Assembly (NCBI GenBank): GCA_001001285.1
Contig: LCKG01000006.1
Location: 1-47,369, forward strand
Length of the DNA: 47,369 bases
Direction of reading: 5' to 3'
DNA from: Parcubacteria group bacterium GW2011_GWC1_45_13
GTDB lineage: Bacteria; Patescibacteriota; Minisyncoccia; UBA11713; 2-01-FULL-45-33
Below, piece by piece: positions 26,730 to 34,925 of this stretch. The position numbers were made by a program, and so were the translations under genes. The number at the start of each line of letters is the position of its first letter. Within the stretch, counting starts at the first letter, position 1. The notes below the pieces were generated by a model, which was not told the origin of the DNA, did not search any database, and saw only the letters and a program-made list of their open reading frames with translations.

Positions 26730-27581
26730 ATGGCTGGACGCAAAATTCTAATAATAGAGGACGAGCCGGTGCATTTAAACGTAATGAAAGCCAAGCTGGA
26801 ATATGAGGGGTATGAAGTCATTGTGGCTACAGACGGGGAAACTGGCTATCAAAAAATAATGGAGGAGAAGCCGGACCTCGTGCTTTTGGATATTATTCTG
26901 CCCAAGCTTGATGGCTTCGGTATTATGGAGCGATTAAGAACTAAGGGTAAACCTGCGCCCACAATAATCGTGGTTTCAAATTCAGGCCAGCCGGTGGAGA
27001 TAGACAAAGCTTTAAAACTTGGGGCGAAAGATTACTTGGTAAAAGCCGAGTTTAATCCGGCTGATGTTTTGGATAAAGTTGAAAAGGCGCTCGGCCCATC
27101 CGTGGCGGAGAAAAAAAACGGAACCAGGAAAAGTGTCCCTGCGGAAAAGTTGACTGTGGCGCCGTCTGCTGATAGAAATTACAGCATTACCGGAAGTGGC
27201 AACAAAGAAAATATTTTGATAGTTGAAGACGATAAATTTTTAAGAGACCTTATCGTACAAAAACTTGGGCGCGAAGGGTTTCGAACCTCAGAAGCTATGG
27301 ATGGCGAGGAAGGATTGAAAGCAGCCAAAGAGATGCGTCCTGATTTGATTTTACTTGATTTGATACTTCCGGGGATGGACGGATTTGAAGTGTTAAAACG
27401 CATTAAGGAAGATAAGGTGACTGCCCAAATACCCGTTATCGTGCTTTCCAATCTGGGTCAGAAAGAAGATATGGACCGGACAGTTGCTTTGGGCGCGGAG
27501 GATTTTATGGTCAAAGCACATTTCACTCCCGGCGAAATTATTACTAAAATAAAGGTCGTTCTTAAAAAGAAGTATTTTTAA
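26730..27581 (+). CDS. response regulator with two receiver domains and no output domain
   Basis: REC1 (ILIIEDEP...DLVLLDIILPKLDG...VVSNSG...KDYLVK) and REC2 (ILIVEDDKF...DLILLDLILPGMDG...VLSNLG...EDFMVK) are joined by a linker of about 45 aa. Confidence 0.85.
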   Translation: MAGRKILIIEDEPVHLNVMKAKLEYEGYEVIVATDGETGYQKIMEEKPDLVLLDIILPKLDGFGIMERLRTKGKPAPTIIVVSNSGQPVEIDKALKLGAKDYLVKAEFNPADVLDKVEKALGPSVAEKKNGTRKSVPAEKLTVAPSADRNYSITGSGNKENILIVEDDKFLRDLIVQKLGREGFRTSEAMDGEEGLKAAKEMRPDLILLDLILPGMDGFEVLKRIKEDKVTAQIPVIVLSNLGQKEDMDRTVALGAEDFMVKAHFTPGEIITKIKVVLKKKYF

Positions 27582-27584
27582 AAA

Positions 27585-28541
27585 ATGCTTACAAAAATTA
27601 TAGTTTTAATAATCATAATTATCGCCGCACTTGCTGGTTGGTACTATTGGGATTCAAATAAGACGGAAACTATCAAACTAAGTTTGGCGGATGCCGAAAA
27701 TCTGAAATTTTTGCTGGCAGTATTGCAGGACAAAGGAATTGCCGAGAAGCACGGATTAAAGCTGGATGTGGCCTTTTCGCCCCCATTTGAAGCAGAACGC
27801 CGTTTAATTGAGAGAGTAGACGGGGTTGAGGTCGGCAGTATAAATCCGTTATCAATCGTTATTGCTAATCAGACCAAAAACACAAAGCTGCGCGCGTTCG
27901 CATCTACTTACCAAACCAATCAAGCCTTGGTAGTGAAAGCAACATCCCCATTCTATAAATTTGAAGATCTCAGAGACGTAAAGGTTGCCATGCATCCAAA
28001 AGGAAGCGCATCTTATACTATGCATGCTTTGGGTATGAAAACGCTGGGATTGGATTTAGAGCGTGATTTCAAGCTTGTTTTTGGCTCATTTCCGCAAAAT
28101 GAGCAGCGTTTAACCAACGGAGAAGTAGAGGCGGCGTTTTTAAACGCAGTTGCCACGGCGCGCTTTTTAGCGACCGGCAACTACAGAGAAATAGTTAACC
28201 TGGGCGAACAATGGGGCAATATAACTGGTTCTTCTATTATACCGTTTGTGGATTTGGCAGCGCACGCAGACTGGATTTCGCAGAATCCAAAGAAAGTTGA
28301 ACGTTTAAGGGAGGCCGTTTTGGATGCCGCAATTTTCATTAGGAAAAATCCGCAGTTGATAGAAGAATACAAAGAGATTTTGGGCGCAACTCGGCCCGAA
28401 GAAATTAATTTGATGAAAGAGCGACTGCCGGCCATTTTTCCACTTGCATGGCTGCCAGAGGCGCATAACGCTCTTTTAAAGAAAGCCTTTGAATTAAACC
28501 TCATTCCAGCATTGCCCAAAGAAAATATTTTTGTTGAGTGA
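27585..28541 (+). CDS. NMT1/THI5-like (NitT/TauT-type) substrate-binding protein, orphan
   Basis: N-terminal anchor plus periplasmic-binding-fold sequence. Paralogous to 28560-29456 and 40523-41539 (shared GxxVAxxPKxSAxY... and EVEAAFL/EVDAAFL patterns). Confidence 0.65.
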   Translation: MLTKIIVLIIIIIAALAGWYYWDSNKTETIKLSLADAENLKFLLAVLQDKGIAEKHGLKLDVAFSPPFEAERRLIERVDGVEVGSINPLSIVIANQTKNTKLRAFASTYQTNQALVVKATSPFYKFEDLRDVKVAMHPKGSASYTMHALGMKTLGLDLERDFKLVFGSFPQNEQRLTNGEVEAAFLNAVATARFLATGNYREIVNLGEQWGNITGSSIIPFVDLAAHADWISQNPKKVERLREAVLDAAIFIRKNPQLIEEYKEILGATRPEEINLMKERLPAIFPLAWLPEAHNALLKKAFELNLIPALPKENIFVE

Positions 28542-28559
28542 TATGGATTTTATTAAAAT

Positions 28560-29456
28560 ATGAATGTAAAAAAACCAGCTTTAATAATTGTTGGAATTGC
28601 GGTTTTAATCGGGATCGCGTTTTGGGCCTGGCCGGCCAAAAAGCCGCCGGAGCCGAAAAAAGTCAGCGCAACATTTGTGGCTACCGGCGCGGAGGGGTTG
28701 CTTAAATACGTAATTGAGCAACTCAAACTTGACAAACAACACGGTCTTGACCTTACTATCCAAGCGGTAGAGCCGGGTGAGGTTGCGCGGAGAACCATTG
28801 CTCGGGAAGTTGATGTTGGCGCCCTTAGTCCTATTGAGCTTGTTCAGTCTCAACAAGCGGGAAGGGATATCCGCGCTTTCGCGCCGCTCCTGACTGCCAT
28901 TCATGGCCTGCTGGTTAAAACCAACTCTAAGTATAGAACCATAGACGACCTAAAAGGAAAAAAGATTGCGGTGTTGCCGAAGGCAACCGCTGGTTACCAA
29001 AGCATGGCTTTGGAGCTTAAGATTTTGGGTATAGATTTAGAAAAAGAGTTTTCTCTTACTTTCGGAGGCATTCCTGATACTCTTTCTTTTCTTAAGGCTG
29101 GTGAGGTGGATGCCGCTTTTCTTCCGGATCCTGTGGCTGCACAACTCATTGTTTCGGGCCAATATCGAGAGCTTCTTAATCTCGCGGATCTGTGGAAGGA
29201 GAAATACAACATTCCTTACTTTTTTAACGCTCGAGTTGCCTATGCCGACTGGATTGCGGCAAATCTGGATACCGCAGAACATTTTGCTGCTATGAGGATT
29301 GAAGCGTCCAAACAAATTAAAGATCATCCGGAAATCGTTGCCAAGTATGCTCGCGAGGTGGTAGGCGCCAAAACTGAAGCGGAAGTAAATTTTATTGTTG
29401 AGCGCCTGTCAAAAGCTTTATTATTTCCGGCCCCCTTTGGTACAATATCGCGATAA
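28560..29456 (+). CDS. NMT1/THI5-like substrate-binding protein, orphan paralog
   Basis: KGKKIAVLPKATAGYQSMALELKILGIDLEKEF, AGEVDAAFLPDP. Shorter C-terminus than its paralogs. Confidence 0.65.
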   Translation: MNVKKPALIIVGIAVLIGIAFWAWPAKKPPEPKKVSATFVATGAEGLLKYVIEQLKLDKQHGLDLTIQAVEPGEVARRTIAREVDVGALSPIELVQSQQAGRDIRAFAPLLTAIHGLLVKTNSKYRTIDDLKGKKIAVLPKATAGYQSMALELKILGIDLEKEFSLTFGGIPDTLSFLKAGEVDAAFLPDPVAAQLIVSGQYRELLNLADLWKEKYNIPYFFNARVAYADWIAANLDTAEHFAAMRIEASKQIKDHPEIVAKYAREVVGAKTEAEVNFIVERLSKALLFPAPFGTISR

Positions 29457-29584
29457 TTTTTGCTATTGGCATTTTTTTAATTGCCGCCAGTTTTTACTGG
29501 CTTTTTCCTGTTCTGAACGGTGTTGAGCAAAACGTCATAACTTCGCAAAATGCTACTACCTCGCACACTGTTGATCTGCTGGAT

Positions 29585-30712
29585 TTGTTTTTGGATCTTA
29601 CCTTTCAAGACCTGTTTCATTTTGGCAGTCACGCCTTAGAAAGCGTTAATGATTACGAAAAGCTTTCTAAAATTTTTTTCGGGAGCAGACACGATTTTTT
29701 AAATTTATTAGTTTTTGATACGAACGGAAAACTTTTGACTTCTTTGGCGGCGCGAGGTGTGAGAGCACAACCTCAATTGTCTGGAGTTTCAGCGCAAAAC
29801 AACTTATTTTTTCAAGAAGCTTTGGGCGGAAAACGCTATATTAGCCCTGTTTTCTTTGGGCCAAACGGCCCTTCAATTCAAATTGCTACCCCAATAACAA
29901 AGAACGGGAAAATCATCGCGGTGGTTTCTGGTGAAATAGATTTTACTCTTCTCTGGGGTGTAGCGAGCAAAACTTCTGTTGAGGAGGGTAAAATATATCT
30001 TGTTGACAACCGCGGCGCAAGGATTTCGGATCCAAATATCGAACTAGCTCGTTCCGGCGAAAATTTGAGATACCGTGAAATTGTCAACTTGCTGGTTCAG
30101 GGTCGCGAGCGAATAGATTTTAATAAATATACGAATGAAGTGGGCGAAAAAGTTTTGGCGTCTGGGGTTAAAATGCCGTCAACCGGATGGGGGGTGGTTG
30201 TAGAACAAAATGAGAATACAGCTCTAAAGCAACGCAATCAAACGTTGATTATTGCTCTTATTTTCGCTGGAGCAAATTTTGCGCTTTTGGCGCTGTTGAT
30301 TTTCAGCACTTTTAGGCTTATGCGCGCGCTTATAAATGTGGGGCGCGAACGCGAAGAGAGAGAAAGAACAATTGCTTTTCTTCCCGACGGCGTCATTGAA
30401 TATACCGGCGAAAACCAAATTTTGGCCATGAATCCGGCAGCCAAACGGCATTTGGATATTGCCGGCTTGCCCATTAACATTTATGTTTCTGAAAGCGCGG
30501 CCATACCGGCGGGGCTTGAAAGGCTTTGGACAATATTTTTTCCCAGGCAAGAGCGCGAAGGCGGACAAGGTAATATATATGAAATAAGTTTTCAAAAACC
30601 GGAGCCCAGGGTGCTTCAAATTATAACTGTCTATATAAAAGGCACCGGGCATTTGGAGGAACAACGCTATCTTAAAATTATCCATGATGTAACCCATGAG
30701 CGGCCATTATGA
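29585..30712 (+). CDS. Cache-PAS sensor-domain protein: kinase-less paralog of the histidine kinase (possible pseudogene)
   Basis: Homologous to the sensor half of 24614-26689, ending ...IIHDVTHERPL where the kinase continues ...ILHDVSRERLLGRMKSEFVS. In-frame homology, including the first TM (WLFPVL vs WLFPTL), extends upstream to about 29414 with no ATG/GTG/TTG. Confidence 0.6.
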   Translation: MFLDLTFQDLFHFGSHALESVNDYEKLSKIFFGSRHDFLNLLVFDTNGKLLTSLAARGVRAQPQLSGVSAQNNLFFQEALGGKRYISPVFFGPNGPSIQIATPITKNGKIIAVVSGEIDFTLLWGVASKTSVEEGKIYLVDNRGARISDPNIELARSGENLRYREIVNLLVQGRERIDFNKYTNEVGEKVLASGVKMPSTGWGVVVEQNENTALKQRNQTLIIALIFAGANFALLALLIFSTFRLMRALINVGREREERERTIAFLPDGVIEYTGENQILAMNPAAKRHLDIAGLPINIYVSESAAIPAGLERLWTIFFPRQEREGGQGNIYEISFQKPEPRVLQIITVYIKGTGHLEEQRYLKIIHDVTHERPL

Positions 30713-31506
30713 TTTATTTTCTTTATGGAGAAAATTCATATAAAGCTTTGCGGAAAATCCGCGAGTTTAAGGCCGCTTTTGTAAAAAAAGCAGGAGACGC
30801 TTATTTGATTGAAGAGTACGATGGCAATGAGGTGCCGATGACAGGTGGAAGTTTCCATTCTGCGCTTGGGCAGATCAGTTTGTTTGCCGAGACGCGTTTG
30901 ATGATTTTCAAAAACGTTATCAACGGAGACATTTTTAAAATTTTAAATGAGAACGGCGGGTATATTAAAACATCGCGCGACATCTTTGTTTTTTGGGAAA
31001 AGGATTTAATGAAGCATAAGGAAATTTTGTCGTTTTTTAAGAAATTTGCTGAAAAAACACAGGAAACGCAACCGCTTGGCCCCAAAGAGTTGGATTTGTG
31101 GCTACGAAGAAAAGCGCAGATACTCGGCATTAAATTAGGTAAAGAGGAGTGTGAAATAATAATTGACGAAGCTAGTGACAGTGCCGAGTGGGCACTGGAA
31201 AATATGTTGGAGAAGATTATGTTAGGCGGAAAAATTGAATCGGCTGGAAAACCAAGCTCGGCAGGCGCGAACCCTTTTGCTTTTATTGAAAAAATGTTTG
31301 GGTCAAAAGCGCTCTGGGCTCTTAAAGAAATGAGTTTAAGCGGCATTGAGCCCCAACGTTTTATTTACTCTTTTTTATGGAAATTAAAACAGAAACGCAT
31401 GGCAGACGCTTACCTACGCGGCATTCTTGCTGAATCTGCAATGAGGAGAAATCCCAAAAACGCCGAAGAAATTCTAGAAAAATTTATTTTTTCACTACAA
31501 GCTTAG
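30709..31506 (+). CDS. holA: DNA polymerase III delta subunit (HolA-like, short)
   Basis: MIYFLYGENSYKALRKI... N-terminus, typical length, and an all-helical C-terminus. Motif-level recognition only. Confidence 0.6.
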   Translation: MIYFLYGENSYKALRKIREFKAAFVKKAGDAYLIEEYDGNEVPMTGGSFHSALGQISLFAETRLMIFKNVINGDIFKILNENGGYIKTSRDIFVFWEKDLMKHKEILSFFKKFAEKTQETQPLGPKELDLWLRRKAQILGIKLGKEECEIIIDEASDSAEWALENMLEKIMLGGKIESAGKPSSAGANPFAFIEKMFGSKALWALKEMSLSGIEPQRFIYSFLWKLKQKRMADAYLRGILAESAMRRNPKNAEEILEKFIFSLQA

Positions 31507-31565
31507 CCAGCCTCGACTAGCCAGCTTCGACTAGCGAAGCTAGGCGAGTCGGGCTAGGCGGGCCA
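31505..31565. repeat. tandem 14-mer (TAGCCAGCCTCGAC / TAGCCAGCTTCGAC) plus imperfect hairpin between convergent holA and rpsT
   Basis: CTAGC-GAA-GCTAG core hairpin with extended imperfect arms. It overlaps the RLARLARLA-coding 3' end of rpsT. Possible terminator. Confidence 0.4.
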
Positions 31566-31779
31566 ACCTCGATTTCATCCTAGCCGCCTTGTTTTTTTTG
31601 ATGAGGCCCTTTTTGGCGGATTTGTCTATGGTTTTGTAGGCGGCCGAAAGAGCGGCTGGTGATTTTTCGGAGACAGCTCTTTTTACCGCGTCGCGGAGCT
31701 TGTCTTTCCAAACAAGGTTTCTTTCCCGCCTTCTGCGAGATTGCCTCAACGCCTTTTTAGCAGATTTTATGATTGGCAT
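31540..31779 (-). CDS. rpsT: 30S ribosomal protein S20
   Basis: MPIIKSAKKALRQSRRRRERN is the canonical S20 N-terminus. Confidence 0.9.
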   Translation of the reverse strand: MPIIKSAKKALRQSRRRRERNLVWKDKLRDAVKRAVSEKSPAALSAAYKTIDKSAKKGLIKKNKAARMKSRLARLARLA

Positions 31780-31796
31780 ATGAGAAGTAGTTTATA

Positions 31797-33725
31797 TTAT
31801 TGTATATTTTTAATCAAGTCTCTAATCTCCGCGGCTTTTTCAAAGTCTAGAGTTTTGGCGGCCTCTAGCATTTCCTCTTCCAACTCCTGCTTTAACTTTT
31901 CTTTGGACATTTGTTTAGACATTTTGGTTAGGTCGAAAGACGTCCGACGTCCACTTGGACGTCGGACGTCTAAGTCAAAAATATTTTCGCCGATTTGACG
32001 CTGAATGGATTTAGGAACAATGCCATATTTCGTGTTGTATTCTTTCTGAATTTGTCTTCTGCGGTCAGTTTCTTCAGCGGCTTTTTTCATTGAATCGGTA
32101 GTCGTATCCGCGTACATTATTACAGTTCCGTGGGTGTGCCGCGCGGCGCGTCCGATGGTCTGGATTAAAGTCTGGGCATTCCGCAAAAATCCCTCTTTGT
32201 CCGCGTCCAAAATTATAACTAGCGACACCTCCGGCAAATCAATTCCCTCGCGCAGAAGATTTATTCCCACAATCACGTCGTAAGTGCCTTTTCTCAAATC
32301 TCGTAAAATTTTATGCCGCTCCAACGTTTTGATGTCCGAATGAAGATATTCGGCTTTGATAGCGGCCTCTTTTAGATAATCAGCTAAGTCTTCCGCCATA
32401 CGCTTGGTGAGGGTTGTTACTATTATTCTTTGGTTTTCTGCTGTGCGTTTTCTAATTTCAGATAAAACATCCATTATTTGATTTTTGGTATCTCGGATTT
32501 CAAGGCGCGGGTCCAAAAGGCCGGTGGGGCGGATGATTTGTTCAACAACGGCATCTTTACTTAAATTTATTTCATATTCTGCTGGCGTTGCCGATACGTA
32601 AACTGTCTGCCAGATTTTTTTATTAAATTCCTCAAATTTTAACGGGCGGTTGTCTATAGCTGAAGGGAGCCTAAAACCGTAATCAACCAACACTTGTTTT
32701 CTTGCGCGATCTCCATTATACATTCCGCGGATTTGTGGAATGGACATATGAGATTCGTCAATAATCGTAATAAAATCTTTAGGTAAATAATCCAGTAAAG
32801 TGGCTGGCGGTTCTCCGGATTTTCTGAAAGAAAGCTGGCGGGAGTAATTTTCTATCCCATGCGTATAGCCAGTTTCGCGGAGCATTTTTAAATCAAAGTT
32901 GGTGCGCTGGGCGATTTTCTGCGCCTCAAGCAATTTGCCGGCCTTTTTCAATTCTGCTGCGCGCTCTTTTAATTCTAACTCAATATTGGAAAGCGCAAGC
33001 TCAAACTTATCATGAGGGGTTACAAAGTGTTTCGCTGGGAAAATTTTTGTCACACCATTTATTTTCTCAATAGTATTTCCGCTCCATTCTATTTTTGTGG
33101 TTGTGTCTCCGGCCGGAGAGAAAATTTCTACGGCTTCCCCGCGGACTCTGAAAGCCCCCGCTTTTTTGTCATAATCATTCCTCTCATATTGCATCTCCAC
33201 TAGTTTTTTCAAAAAGGCGCGCTGGGAAATTGGCAGCCCCTCTTTTATCTCCAGCGCCACCCTTTCATATTCAATGGGGTCGCCGATGCCGTAAATACAG
33301 GAAACCGAGGCAACAATTACGAAATCGCGACGGGTGAGCGCCGTAGCGGTCGTCGCGTGGCGCATCGCGTCAATAAAGTCGTTTATTCTGGCATCTTTTT
33401 CTATATAAGTGTCGCTTTGCGGTATGTACGCCTCGGGCTGATAGTAATCGTAATAGGAAACGAAATAATGAACCGCATTTTCTGGGAAAAAAGTTTTGAA
33501 TTCCTGATAAAGCTGTGCGGCCAAAGTTTTATTGTGGGAAATCACTAAAGCCGGGCGACCTAAATCGGCAATGATGTTAGCCATCGTAAAAGTTTTTCCC
33601 GAACCAGTGACTCCCAAAAGCGTCTGATTTTTATTTCCGGTTTTCAGTAATTTTGAAAGCTCGGCAATCGCCTTTGGCTGGTCCCCGGCCGGCTTATAGG
33701 GCTTGTGTAATTTAAAGATTGACAT
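31797..33725 (-). CDS. uvrB: excinuclease ABC subunit B
   Basis: GVTGSGKTFTMA Walker A, IIDESH, helicase motifs, and the C-terminal UVR domain (EEEMLEAAKTLDFEKAAEIRDLIKNI). Confidence 0.97.
   Translation of the reverse strand: MSIFKLHKPYKPAGDQPKAIAELSKLLKTGNKNQTLLGVTGSGKTFTMANIIADLGRPALVISHNKTLAAQLYQEFKTFFPENAVHYFVSYYDYYQPEAYIPQSDTYIEKDARINDFIDAMRHATTATALTRRDFVIVASVSCIYGIGDPIEYERVALEIKEGLPISQRAFLKKLVEMQYERNDYDKKAGAFRVRGEAVEIFSPAGDTTTKIEWSGNTIEKINGVTKIFPAKHFVTPHDKFELALSNIELELKERAAELKKAGKLLEAQKIAQRTNFDLKMLRETGYTHGIENYSRQLSFRKSGEPPATLLDYLPKDFITIIDESHMSIPQIRGMYNGDRARKQVLVDYGFRLPSAIDNRPLKFEEFNKKIWQTVYVSATPAEYEINLSKDAVVEQIIRPTGLLDPRLEIRDTKNQIMDVLSEIRKRTAENQRIIVTTLTKRMAEDLADYLKEAAIKAEYLHSDIKTLERHKILRDLRKGTYDVIVGINLLREGIDLPEVSLVIILDADKEGFLRNAQTLIQTIGRAARHTHGTVIMYADTTTDSMKKAAEETDRRRQIQKEYNTKYGIVPKSIQRQIGENIFDLDVRRPSGRRTSFDLTKMSKQMSKEKLKQELEEEMLEAAKTLDFEKAAEIRDLIKNIQ
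31938..31971. repeat. perfect inverted repeat (16-nt arms, 2-nt spacer) inside uvrB
   Basis: AGACGTCCGACGTCCA-ct-TGGACGTCGGACGTCT contains four GACGTC hexamers. It encodes VRRPSGRRTS in the linker before the UVR domain. Confidence 0.9.
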
Positions 33726-33773
33726 AGCGAAATAAACGCGAATTTAGCTTATCAAAAATTATTTGATTTCGCA

Positions 33774-33797
33774 ACTACTATGATATATCATAGTAGT
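33774..33797. promoter_or_regulatory. perfect 24-bp palindrome (candidate operator) overlapping the promoter of the TrpR-like gene
   Basis: ACTACTATGATATATCATAGTAGT ends 8 nt before the ATG at 33806. A near-identical copy lies at 34259-34286. Confidence 0.65.
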
Positions 33798-33805
33798 ATA
33801 TCTAT

Positions 33806-34183
33806 ATGCCGCATGTTTCAAGAAAGAAATTAAAAAAGAAAGTTTTTATAAAAATTGGCGAGAAACTATCAGATACAGTCGCCAAAGCAAATTCTGCTCG
33901 AGAAGTGAGATGGATTTTTAAGGAACTAATTACTCCTACCGAGTGCGTTATGTTGGCGAAAAGACTGGCGATAATACTAATGCTAGAAAAAGGCCATTCT
34001 TTCAATACTATCCAAAGAACCCTTAAGGTGACACCGCAGACCATAGTTAGATTTTGGAAAATAACAAAACAAAGTTTGCATAAATCTGTTATTAAAGAAA
34101 TTTCCGCCAGCAAGACAAAGGGCGATTTTTGGCAAGAACTAGAGAAACTTATTTTATTGGGCATGTCGCCAAGAGGCAGATAA
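33806..34183 (+). CDS. TrpR-like (YerC/YecD family) helix-turn-helix protein
   Basis: LITPTECVMLAKRLAIILMLEKGHSFNTIQRTLKVTPQTIVRF resembles the TrpR/YerC HTH core. Confidence 0.65.
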   Translation: MPHVSRKKLKKKVFIKIGEKLSDTVAKANSAREVRWIFKELITPTECVMLAKRLAIILMLEKGHSFNTIQRTLKVTPQTIVRFWKITKQSLHKSVIKEISASKTKGDFWQELEKLILLGMSPRGR

Positions 34184-34258
34184 TGGCAACTTGTGCGGCG
34201 CGTCGCAGAGAAATATTCCTAGCTTTCTAAGTTGTTCTACATAATAAATAAAATAAAC

Positions 34259-34286
34259 AAACTACTATGATATATCATAGTGGTTT
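34259..34286. promoter_or_regulatory. second copy of the palindromic operator, upstream of ruvA
   Basis: AAACTACTATGATATATCATAGTGGTTT is a 28-bp palindrome with one mismatched pair. Its 21-nt core is identical to 33774-33794. Confidence 0.6.
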
Positions 34287-34323
34287 GAGATTGTGGCAGT
34301 CGTTTTGAAGTTATAAATATAGT

Positions 34324-34332
34324 TGCTATAAT
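34324..34332 (+). promoter_or_regulatory. extended -10 TGCTATAAT for ruvA (leaderless-type spacing)
   Basis: The -10 ends 8 nt before the ruvA ATG (34341), and there is no SD. Confidence 0.55.
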
Positions 34333-34340
34333 AAAAGCAA

Positions 34341-34913
34341 ATGATAGGACACGCAGAAGGCAAGATAATATTTAAGGGAGAGCGGTATGTTGTTTTGGAT
34401 GTTGGTGGAGTAGGATATAAAGTTTTTGTCGTAGCGTCTTCTTACAGAAATTTATCTGTGGGGGAGAGTGCCAAGCTTTGGACACATCTGCATGTTAAAG
34501 AAGACGCATTGGAACTTTACGGATTTTCGCATCAAGCCGAGCTCGAATTTTTTGAATCTCTGATTTCAATTTCTGGCATCGGACCGAAATCTGCCTTGGG
34601 CGTTTTGTCTTTAGCGCCGGTGGACACCATAAAACGCGCGATTGCCTCCGGAGACACTTCTTATCTGACAAAAATTTCCGGCATTGGCAGGAAAACCGCA
34701 GAAAAAATCATTTTGGAGCTGAAAGACAAGATGGGCTTCGGAAAAGTTTCATTCGGCGGGGAAGAATTTAAAGAAGACGCGGACATTCTGGACGCGCTTT
34801 TGGCTTTAGGTTATTCCCAGCGTGAGGCCCGCGAAATCTTGCAGAAAGTACCCAGTTTTGTCAAAGGGCGCGAGCAGAGGTTAAAAGAAGCGCTAAAAAT
34901 GTTAGGGAAATAG
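34341..34913 (+). CDS. ruvA: Holliday junction DNA helicase subunit RuvA
   Basis: MIGHAEGKIIFKGERYVVLDVGGVGYKVFV (OB fold) and HhH motifs (ISGIGPKSALGVL, ISGIGRKTAEKI). Confidence 0.92.
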   Translation: MIGHAEGKIIFKGERYVVLDVGGVGYKVFVVASSYRNLSVGESAKLWTHLHVKEDALELYGFSHQAELEFFESLISISGIGPKSALGVLSLAPVDTIKRAIASGDTSYLTKISGIGRKTAEKIILELKDKMGFGKVSFGGEEFKEDADILDALLALGYSQREAREILQKVPSFVKGREQRLKEALKMLGK

Positions 34914-34925
34914 TAAAATAAGCGC

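Noticed and set aside
31741-31998. 85-aa plus-strand ORF spanning the rpsT-uvrB junction
   Set aside because: It overlaps the rpsT 5' end and the uvrB 3' end antisense. It partly owes its openness to the palindrome, which reads similarly on both strands.
33802-34164. 120-aa minus-strand ORF opposite the TrpR-like gene
   Set aside because: It is antisense to an ORF with a recognisable HTH and a start codon positioned by the palindromic operator and -10. No start signals of its own.
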